Shown: positions 1 to 11,100 of the stretch, piece after piece | Position numbering within the stretch: the stretch's first letter is position 1 | How the letters are laid out: every line of letters begins with the position of its first letter | NCBI GenBank assembly: GCA_963575745.1 | Contig: CAUYUJ010000092.1 | Span: 558,001-622,000, forward strand | Origin: Prorocentrum cordatum | Lineage: Eukaryota | DNA: 64,000 nt | Direction of reading: 5' to 3' | The notes under the pieces: model-generated | Told to the model about the DNA's origin: nothing | Database searches by the model: none | The model's input: only the letters and a program-made list of their open reading frames with translations | Made by a program: the position numbers and the translations under genes

Positions 1-1122
1 GGCGAGCAGCTGGCCCATGGCCTCGCCGGCGGAGCGGGCTGAGAGCCCTGGGGGGCACATCGAGACGGAAGAGGAGGGAGGGGGAGGAGAAAGGAACGAG
101 GAAGGACGAGAGGGAGAAGGGAGGAGGAGGAGGAGGAGGAGGAGGCGGAGGAGGAGGAGGAGGAGGAGGCGAAGGAGGAGGAGGCGGAGGAGGATGAGGA
201 TGAGGACGAGGAGGAGGAGGAGGAAGAGGAGAAGAAGGAGGAGGAGGGAGAGGAGGAGGAGAGGCGGAGGAGGAGGAGGCGGAGTAGGAGGAGGAGGAGG
301 AGGAAGGGAGGAGAGGAGGGGGAGGGGGGAAGAGGTGGAGGAAGGAGGAGGCGGAGAAGAAGGAGGAGGAAGAGGAGGAGAAGAGGAGGAGGAGGAGGAG
401 GAGGAGGAGGAGGAGGAGGAGGAGGAGGCCCATGGCCTCGCCGGCGGAGCCCCAGGGGTGGCCCAAGCGCGCGCCGGCGGCCGCGCCGTCCGACTCGCCG
501 CCCGCGGCCGCGGCCAGGCTCGCGCACGCGAGCGCGGCGGCCCGCATGGCCCGGGCGCGAGGGCGCGCCGCGACAGCGCGGGGTCTCGGAGGGGCCGGCG
601 CGCGGCGCGGCCCCCTCCGAGGAGAAGGCGAGGAAGAGGAAGGAGGAGGAGGAGGAGGAGGAGGAGGGGGAGGAGGAGGAGGAGGAGGCGGAGGAGGAGG
701 AGGAGGAGGAGGAGGAGGAGGAGGAGGAGGAGGAGGGGGAGGAGGAGGGGAGGAGGAGGAGGGAGGGAGGAGGAGGAGGAGGGAGGAGGAGGAGGCGGAG
801 GAGGAGGAGGAGGAGGGAGGAGGAGGAGGAGGAGGCGGAGGAGGAGGAGGAGGAGGAGGAGGCGGAGGAGGAGGAGGAGGAGACGGAGGCGGAGGAAAGA
901 GGAGGAGGTCTCGGTACAGGCGGAGCCCCGCGGGGCGCGCGGACCGCCTTTTTTTTTTTCCTCTCTCTCTCTCTGTCTCTCTCTTCCTCCTCCCTGACCT
1001 CGTCCTCGTCCTCGTCCTTCGTCGTCCTGCCGCTGCTCCTGCTGCTCTAGCTGCTCCTCCTCGACTTCGTTTTCGTGTTCCTCCTCCTCCTCCTCCTCTT
1101 CCTCCTCCTCCGGCTTTTCCTT

Positions 1123-1161
<39 letters not shown>

Positions 1162-2158
1162 CTCTTCCCTCTCCTTCCCCCATTTTACAGACAAAGGGAC
1201 GGCGGTTCAAGCTTGCAAAAGCGCGTTGTTTTTCAGAGTCCTCGCATGTAGCTGCTGGACAAGCGCACGCGCGAGCCACTCGTGGACGACAGTCGCGAGG
1301 ATGCCTGCCGTTCGCTTGTCGCACGCCGCCGAAACTGCTCTCGCTTCCCGAAAGAACTTGCACAAACAGGGCGTCTGGGATTGGCAGTGCGCGGGATCGT
1401 GGCTTTACGCTCCTTTCTCCATGCAGATTCGCCTGCTGCGTCTAGACATAACAGCAAGGCCATCGAAAAGGTACTGAGAGCCATTCGAAAGTTCACATGT
1501 TGAGCGACCTTGGTTACCTTCGAGTGCCAATCCACTGCAGAGCTGTTGTCATGATCTTCCAGGTTGCCATCGAAACCCACCAACTGTGTTTCCTGCAAGA
1601 TGGGGGGAAGAGGAGGCGGAGGAGAAAAAGGAGGACGGCGACGAACAGGAGAAACGGCAGGAGGAAGAGGATGAGGAAGAGGATGAGGAAGAGGATGAGG
1701 AAGAGGAAGAGGATGATCACGAACGCTGGCCTACATCCAATTACGATCTGACGTCCAGCATGCCAGTGGATAGCCTCGCCCCTAGCCACTTCAGCCCTCC
1801 TCTTCCTCCTTCTCCTGCCCCTTCTCCTCCTCCCGCGGCGGCATCGGCGCAGTGGCCCCGATGAGGGCCTCCGTCACCGCGGCAACCAGAGCGCATTCGC
1901 GGCAACCACAGCAGCGCTGCGACTGCTGCTGCTGCTGCTGCTGCTTCTGCTTCTGCTTCTGATGATGATGATGCTGATGATGATGATGATAATGAAGATG
2001 ACGATGATGATGCTGATGCTGATGCTGGTGATGATGGTGATGATGATGATGATGATGATGCTGATGATGATGATGATGATATTGATGATGATAATGATGA
2101 TGATGCGGATGATGGTGATAGTGGTGATAACGATGATGGCGATGCTCACGATGGTAAT

Positions 2159-2190
<32 letters not shown>

Positions 2191-5100
2191 TGGTGATGAT
2201 GATGAGGATGATGATGAGACTGATGCTGATGCTGATGATGCTGATGATGATGATGATGTTGCTGCTGATGATGATGATGATGACGATGAGGATGATGAGG
2301 ATGAGGACGAGGATGCGGATGATGATGAGGATGGTGATGGTATGATGATGGGAAGGAGGAGTAATTGGGAGGAGGGCAGTGAGGGACAGGAGGATGAGGA
2401 AACTAATGACAATGAAGAAGAGCATCAGCAGCAGCACGCGCAGGAACACTGCAGAGCGTGAAACACTGTTCAGTCTTGCGAGAGCGGAGTCGCGCGCGTG
2501 CAGGCGGAGACCGTATGGCACGAAGTCGTCGTCGCCGACTGAGAGCTCGGCCACCTCGAAATGGTGGGGGCGTTGAGATGGTCCTTTTTACCTCCTCCCT
2601 CCATTTTCGTCTCTCTCTCTCTCTCTTTCTCCCTCTCTTTTGTTCTCTCTCGCTCTCTCTCTCGCTCTCTTTCCACCCTCGTCCCTCCTGTCCCTCCTCC
2701 TCCTCCTCCTCCTCCTCCTCCTCCTCCTCCTCCTCCTCCTCCTCCCCCTCCTCCTCCTCCTCCTCCTCCTCCTCCTCCTGGTGCACCTCCCGTTCCTGCC
2801 GATGCGCCTGCTCCCGCGCCCGATTTCCTCGCGCTCCTGCTCGCCCGCTCCTGCTCCTGCGCCTCCCCCTCTGCCGCCACCCGGCCGCGGGGCGCGCCGA
2901 AGAAGGGGGGGCCAGACAGAGAGGGGGGCTTCATGCGCATCATGGCCCAAGCCGCGTGCGCGGACAAGTGGGGGCCAGGGATGCGCCGAGAGAGTAAGAG
3001 GGGGCTGCCATGATTCCACCAAAGAAAAAACCCAATCAATGGATGGTTTCAAATGGGATCGATGAAGAAATCGATAAGGAGATCGACCGGGAACCCGGGA
3101 ACCCCGAACCCACCGACATCGGACCAGAACCAGTGACCAAGAACCCGGGAACCCAGAACCGGGAACCCGGGAACTCAGCCGGCGACCAAAATCGGCGGGA
3201 CACTTTCGCCAAATCTTTCAGTTCCGCTAGGACCCCTCCAGTGCAAACACCGATTGGGGAACATCAGGGCGATGTCACGGCCACGGCCATGACGTCCCCC
3301 CTGGTCCCCCCCCCTGGACGCCTCCGATCCTGCCGCCACTAGAGGAAAGAGAACTATGCACATACACCGATTCTGGCCAGGACCATCCTGAGCCCAGGAT
3401 CGGTGCATACGCCCTCTTACCTTGGCCAGGAAAGTATCTGCACCGATCCTGGGTCAGGGATGGGCGTTGTCAGGACCAGTGCATCTGCATACGGCAGGTT
3501 CGCGTCGTGTCGACCCCGGCGTTGGTTTCTGACACCGCGGGGATCGTTCAACCTTGAACGATCGGCCGCTGCCGCAACGTCCGATCGTTCAACATCGATC
3601 GATTCTGGGTCGCCGGCGGCGTTCAACCTTGAACGCCCGCGGGCGGGGTCGCCGACGGTCGACACGACGCGAACCTGCCGTAGTTCTCTTCGCCCGAGCC
3701 ACCCCCCCACCCCCCCCGCCCGGGGCCTCGTGGCGGAACGCCCAGCTGAGCTCCGCGATGCGCGCCTCTCCTCGGCCGGGCGGGCGCCTGCCACCCAGGC
3801 GCTTCCCTCTCGGCCGGAGCTGGGGCGCCGAAGGGCGTGAGGATGCCCGCCCTCCTGCTCCCTCTCCCAGACCCCCCCTCCAGTCCCCCCCGCCCCCCCC
3901 CCCCCAAAAGTCCGCCTCGCATCGCCCCCAATCGTATCCTCCTGCGTCTCCTCGCTCCCCTCCGCCGCCATCTCCTCCCCCTCCCTTTGCTCCCTCTCCT
4001 CCTCTCCCCCCCTCATCCCCTCCCTCTCTCCCTCCTTCCTTCCTGCCTCGTCCTTCCTTCCCCTCTTCCTGATCCGTCGTCGGTCCTCCTGCTGTGTACT
4101 CTTCCTCCGTATCTCCTTCTTTCTCCTGCATTTCTTCTCCGTCATCCCGTTCCCGCAATCCTTTCCCGATTCCCTTCCCACCCCCTCTCTTCTTCCCTCC
4201 CTCCTGTTCGCTCCTCCTTCCTCTTACTGTTTCCCGGTTCCCTCCTCCCCCGTGCTCCCTTCCCCCCCTCGCTCCTCCCTTCCTAGTTCCCTCCTGCTTC
4301 CTCTTGTTTCGCTCATCCTCCCTCCTCCCTTCTCACCTGTCCTCCCTCCTGTTCCCTGCAGCTCCCTCCCCTCCTCCTCCGCCTCGTCCTTCTCCTCGTC
4401 CTCCTCCTACTCCTCAGCGTCCTTCCTCCTCCTTTTCTTTTCTCCTCCTTCCCCCTTCGCCATCTCCATCTATCTTGCCTTTATCCTTGTCGCTCTCGCC
4501 CCCGCCCCTGTCCCCGTCCGCCTCCTCCTCCACCTCCACCTCCACCTCCTCCTCCTCCTCCTCCTCCTCCTCCTCCTCCTCCCCTCCTCCTCCTCCTCCT
4601 CCTCCTCTTCCTCCTCCTCCTCTCCTCCTCCTCCTCCTCCTCCTCCTCCTCCTCCTCCATCCTTTTGCCTATACATAACTCCCCCCTGTCGCGCCAGGAG
4701 GCGAGTCAAAGGCCGGGCCGAGCGCTTCGCTTGAGTCTTCCTCACCGCTGATGACCCTGAAACGTAAGCATGGAGGGCGGGTGGTTTTCAAAATGTGTCT
4801 TTCTCCACTTGGCCGCGCACATTCGTCTGTAAACTTTGCAATAGCTTCACGGATTGATGGGGGGTCGTTTTCAACATGTGGGTCCCGCCTCAGCGCTGAG
4901 CACGATGTTTCAACAGAGTTGCAAGAGCTTAACAGATGGAGGGCGGGTGGTTTTCAACATGTGGCTCTCGCCCTAGCGCCGCGCACACTCGTCTTAAAAA
5001 ATCGCAAGAGCTTAACAGATGGAGGGCGCTTCGTTTTCAAACTTTGACTCTCGCCTCAGCGCCGCGCACACTTTTCTTAAATAGTTGCAGGAGCTTCGCG

Positions 5101-8100
5101 GATGGAGGGCGGGTGGTTTTCAACATGTGGCTTTCGCCGTAGCGCCGCGCGCATTCTCTTCAAACATTGCAAGGGCTTTCACAGATGGAGGGCGGTTCGT
5201 GTTTTGAAGCGATTGAGGACTGTCCGGGAGCAACAGTTACGTTGATTCGCGGTGTGGAAGTCCCAGGAATGGTGTTCTTGCGCGATTCAGGATCGCCAAG
5301 ACGCATCATCCACGTTATTCGTGGCGTCGGAGTCCCGAAAATGGTGTTCTGGCACGCGTCAGGGTCTTCAGACGGTTGTCTCCCGACGGGGCACTTCCCT
5401 CAGTGGAAATGAACCCTTGTATGGGCCGATGAAGAGAGAGCGTGGAGGGAGGGTTCATTCCAACACCGTTGATGAGTCTTGGGTTTGCACTGGTCCTCAT
5501 CCCGCTCCTGCTCCTCCTCCTCCTCCTCCTGCCACTCCCAGCTTAGGGAAACTTTGAAAAAGATTTGTTTGTCACTCCCCTCCCCGACGTGTACAATCCA
5601 ACCTTCCTCTTCCTCCCCTTAACCTTGTCTTCTTCCTGCTCCTGCTCCTGCTGCTCATCCTGCTGCCGCTCTTCCTCCGCGCCCTTGTCTTACTGCTCCT
5701 CTTTTGCCGTAACCCACACACGCGAGAACTGACGATTTGCTGGAGCTTATAACAATTCTCTCATCGAAGACCCCCTTGCGTCCGCATCTGCGTCCTTCAG
5801 GGCTGCGGCGCTGCTTTGCTGGTGCGCTTCTCCTCTGTGTGCTAAAGCGCCTGTGCTGGAGACCCGCGTTATAGGGAGGTGTGTCAGACTGCGCCTCTGG
5901 CTTCCAGTTTCTCTGTGCCTCTCCCCACCTTCTCCTATTCCCCCTTTCTCCTCTCCCCATTCCGCTCCTTTCCCTCTTTTCCCTCCCCTTTCCAATAGCG
6001 TATCGGGAGGAGACGTATAGTGACGAGACGGATCGGCGAAGGAGCAGAGAACGAACGGGGAAGCACGACACCATGTTGCATGCTTTCTCCGCCCGGCGAA
6101 CGCGCCCTGTACAGTTCTGTAGGCCGCCGGTGCGCCGCCGCCTTGCTCGCGGCGGCGCCTGCGCTGAGATGCGCCGCGCGATCGCGAGAGCCTGGGCTTC
6201 CAAGCCGCTGGAACTGCCCTGTTCCCCCTCCTCCATCTCCTTTTCCTGCTCCTGGCGTTCCCTTGCTCCCTTCTCCCAGCGCGCGGGGGAAGGATGATGA
6301 TAAGGTGCCACCTCCTCCTCCTCCTCCTCGTCCTCGTCCTCCTCCTCCTGCTCCTCCTCCCCCTCCTCGTCCTCCTCCTTCTCCTCCTCCTCGCGAGGAG
6401 GCCGCGGCGGCTCCGAAGCGCCTCTTCGCGCTGAGCCAGGCGGCGCACGCGAGGAGGCCGCGGCGGCTCCGAAGCGCTGTACGTCGCGCTGAGCCAAGCG
6501 GCGCAGGAACACCTCCCCCTTCCTCGACGCTGCGATTCCCTCGGCGAGGAGCACCGCGCTTGCGCGCCAAAGACAAGAACGCACGCTGAGGAGGAGGAAG
6601 GAGGAGGAGGAGAAGGAGGAGGAGGAGGAGGAGGAGGAGGGCATGGCAGTGTTCGCCACCGACAGGGGAGGGGGAGGAGGAAGAGGAGGAGGAGGAGGAG
6701 GAGGAGGAGGAGGAGGAGGAGGAGGAGGAGGTGAAGGAGGAGAGAGGAGGAGGAGGAGGAGGAGGAGGAGGAGGAGGAGGAGGAGGAGGAGGGGAGGAGG
6801 AGGAGGAGGAGGAGGAGGAGGAGGAGGAGGAGGGAGGGGAGGGAGGAGGAGGAGGAGGGGGGAGGGGGGAGGGAGGGAGGGAGGGAGGGAGGGAGGGAGG
6901 GAGGAGGAGGGAGGGACGGAGGGAGGGGGGAGGGGGGAGGAGGAGGAGGAGGAAGAGGAGGAGGAGGAGGAGGAGGAGGAGGAGGAGGAGGAGGAGGAGG
7001 ATGGGGGAAACAAGTCGACCTGGAATCGGCGATACATCGCCGATGGATCGGCGAGATAGGACCCCGATAGCCAAACTGCATGTTCCTGGGCGGGGTGGGC
7101 TGTCAGGCACCCGTCGGCGATGAAGGGGCGATGGGGGGTCGATGCATCCCCAGCTGGACCTATCCTCCGCCCCTTGTTCTGTGGCAACTCAGCTGAGCCT
7201 CCCATGTCATCTTGCTGGCTCATAGACATCGTCGCCCACCAACGCTAGACGACGCTGTTCGACGCTAAATCGGCGCTAGTCGACGCCAGTTCGGTGCTTT
7301 CTCATCGATTGCCAGAGGCTGGCGCACGCTAGTGTACTCTGAAAGTGGGACTTGCGAGGACTTACAAGGCCCCCATGAGCTGCTACAAAAGGACGTTGCA
7401 CTTGTATGTCAAAGACACTGATGCGCGCAAGCCTTGTGTTTGCGGCGGACTGGCCAGCCGCCCCTCCCTCCCACCCTTGCCTCGCGACCGGATCACAAGG
7501 ATGCCCGGTAAGCGTGCAAGGCCCCTGGGCGCCCGCATCGCAGCCGAAGTTGGAAGCTCATGACCCGTTGCCAGGGCCGGGAGGTAAGGATGCAAGGGTA
7601 CCCTTGGATGGATCCTTGTCCTGATGCGTCGGTTTCGCTGGGGTGCGCTCGTGCATGCACGCACCAGGTCGCGAGCGGGCAGCGAGCCCCCGCGGCTCAG
7701 AGCGCTCGCCGAGCCAGGCCAGGCTGAATACGAGAGTGACAATGCATCGAGGAAAGGCCCGGCGGCGGGGTCGAAACCAAGTGTACGGTAGGCTCAAGCC
7801 GCTGCCCGGCCGGGCGCTCCAGTAGATGGACGATAGATTCGAACCCCTACACATTCGAGGGAGATTCGAAATCACCCCCCGCGCCCCCGACATCAATGTT
7901 GACCTCAGTAAAGGCGGCGCTTTGGGGTTCGCATACTTCTGCCCACTCACGCCCCCCCCGTCGCCACGCCATCAATATTCATTTCGGGGGGTCTGGGGTC
8001 CACAGGGTTCGGATGCAATGTCCATGTACGGTCCCTCCTCGCCCGCTTGAACTCACTCTCCCCCTCTGCCTTCGCTCTTCCCCCCCCTCGCCAGGGGCCG

Positions 8101-11100
8101 CGGCCCCTGCCATGGCCGCGGACCCGGGGCGCCGCACCACGAGTGGGGAGCCGCCCACGGCGCAGGCAAGAGGGACCTCTGGCCTGCGACGCGGGCGGCA
8201 GGAGCGACCTCGATGGAGACGACTGGTTGCGCGGCTGCATGCCGGCAGGACGACGAAGAGGGACCTCTGGCGCCCGCAGCGCAGGAGCGACCTCGAGGGG
8301 CCGCGGCAGGACGACGAAGATGCGCGCGGGGGGACTCCGCCTCCCAGCGCGTCGCAGCGGCGAGCTCGCATCTGCCGGCAGCCCCCCTCGGTTGCACCCT
8401 GGCGCCGCTGCATGCCGGCGGCCCGCCTGAGGTGGCTGGTGCTGGTGTTCCTGATTCGAGTAAGGGATCGATCGACTACAGAATTGTTTAACCCTGAGCT
8501 GGATTTCCTCGTCGAGTCATACGTAGAATGCTCGTAGATCTACGGACACCCAACGCAATTCTCTTGGACTCGACGAGCACATCCACTGTGGGGTACATCA
8601 ATTCGGGAGTCGATCCCTGGAGTCGATCCCCTAGATGACAGATGAGGTTCTGGAGGAGGCAGGCGCGACAGCCCCGGCCTCCTCGCGCGGCGCGGCAGCA
8701 GGCGCGCGGCCCCTTGGAAGTCTCCCCGAGCGGCGACAACTGGCGCCACTGCCGCCGACGGGCCGCCCGCGGCGGCTGCCGCCGGGCGCCCTTCCCGGGT
8801 GCGCACGTGGGTCGCCGGCCTGCAGGCCCCGCGTAAGTGCGTCGCGGCACCCTGAGATCCTGGCGATTCAATTTTGTCGAGCCGGGCGTTTTCGCTCAAT
8901 TTCGGGCCCTGGGATCCTCACAGATCGAGCTGGCTCGGACAATAACGCAAAGCATGAAGTCCGGTGGTCCGGTCGTGATTTGTTCTCTGCTTTTTTTTTG
9001 TTCCTCGTTTTTTGCCTTGCAACGTCGGGTCTGAGGGCATGCCACGTCTGCTGCCACGGTTTCGTTCCGAATGCGGTGCGGCTCGCGAACTGGGCCATTC
9101 GCCTGACTAGTCTTTCTGGCACCCCACGTGCCTTGCGGGCGGGATCTCTGCGGGCAGCGTGGAAGGACTCGCGGCGCTGCCAGAGGCGCGCGCGAAGGTT
9201 CTGGCCTGCATGGTGCCGCCGCCAAGAACGGACCTCTAACCGCCGCCGGCGCTCCGGCCAACGATCCCCAGCCGCGGCACGCTCTGGCAGCGGAGGCGGG
9301 CGAGCTCCCCGGACTGGCCTGGTGGGCGGGCTTCGACCTGCCTGGTGCTGACCACAGCTCGGGCCCAGCTCCTCTCGCTCCCGCCGGCTGCTGCTCGCCA
9401 CTCCGCCGGCCGCCAGCAGCGAGGATCGCCCGTCTGCCGCACAAGTGCTGCCTGGGCGGCTCCGCCGGGCTTGGGCAGGCGACTGGGCAGCGCTGGCGGG
9501 CAGCTGAACGGCACGACCCGGGCTGGCCCGCCGCCGACCGCCAGACACGCCGCAGCCCGGAGGCCCTGGCGCGCCGCACGCGCGAGCTCCTCGTGCTGGG
9601 CGAGGCTGGCCGGGCCGCCGCGGCCGCCGCAGGCCCCCTGCCGTGGCCCGCGGCCCTGCCGCCCTCTTCGCTGAAGTGCCGGTCGCTGGCGCCGCGCCGC
9701 CGCCCCCGGCGGCGCCGCCTGCGCCTTGGGCGGCCGACGCCGCCGAGAGGGCAGCGGGCGCTCTCGGGAAACACCCGCGCCATTCCGTTCCCGGGCTGTC
9801 AGGCGCTCGTCTCGGGCGCTGGGCGGCCCTCCGCGGCCGCGAGGAGGGTTAAAGGAGCTGTGCCATTCACAGGCGCTCGTGCTCGTCCTGCAAGCCCGGG
9901 CTCCAGAGCGGGCCACGCAGGCCGTCCTTGCTGGACGCTTGCCCCCGCTGCTCAAGCCGACCGGCGGCGTGCGGCCCCTGGCCTGCGGAGAAACACCGCG
10001 CCGGATGGCAGCGATGGCGGCTACAACCGCGCACAAAGAGCCCACTGCTGCAGCAGTGGGGTGGCACCAGTACGTCGCAGGTCGCACAAACGGCATCGAG
10101 CTGATGCACCGCGCGGTGGCGGCCGCGGCAGAGAAGGACCCCCAGGCCGCAGTCCGCTCCCTGGGCGTGGCCAGCACCTTCAACGAGCTGGACCGGTCCT
10201 CGCGGAGGTGGTCGCGCGTTTGCCGCAACTCTCGCGATTGGCGTCCGCGTGGTACGGCGGCGCTCCCGTGCACGAGGCTTGGCGCCGGAGTGGCGGAGGT
10301 CAGGGCCGAGCGCGGCGTAGACCAAGGGTGCACCCTGTCGCCCGCCTTTAAAACGGTGGCAGCGGCTCCTCTCTACGCGGCGCTGGAGGCGTGGCGCGAG
10401 GACCCTGCTGCCCGCGTTGTCGCGTACCCTGACGACGTCTACGTCGCGGGCAGCCCGCGCGCGCGCTGGCCGCCGCGCTGGTCGTGCCCCAGCCCTTGCG
10501 CCACGAAGGGGCTCCGCCTCAGCCCGCGCAGCACGAAGGTGTGGAACCCCCGCGACCTGCCCCTGCCGGCCCCGGTGGCCAGGGCGACGGCGGCCGTAGG
10601 GAGCACCTTGCCGTTCGTGCGAGGCGAAGAAGACGAGGCGACAGCCAGCCTGGCCAGGAGCAGACGACTGCCCCGCACGCGGCGAGACGCCACCTCGAGA
10701 CCCACCTGTAATGGCAGCGCTCCACGACCTGCGTGCGCAAGGCTTGCGGGCGCAGCGCGAGGTGGTCCTCCTCCGCACCTTCGCGAACGGCGCGGCCCTG
10801 CACCGCGCGAAGGCGCACTCAGTGCACGAGGGCTGGAGCAGAACCCGCGACCACGCGGTGCTCGCGCGCCCCGAGGGGCTCGCCGGCCAGCCACTGACGG
10901 CCGACGCGCGCACGGCCAGGGCGCAGGCTGGCGGCGGCGCGGCCCGGCGCGCGGCGGCGCGCGGCGGGGCGCGGCGGCGCGCGCCGGCGTTCGCCGTCCG
11001 CCCGGGGGCTCCCTGCGGACTCGGAAGCCCCCGGGCCGAGGGAAAGAGGATTTACATGCGCCGCTCCCTGACAACACCAGAGGTCAGCGGGGGGCCAGGC

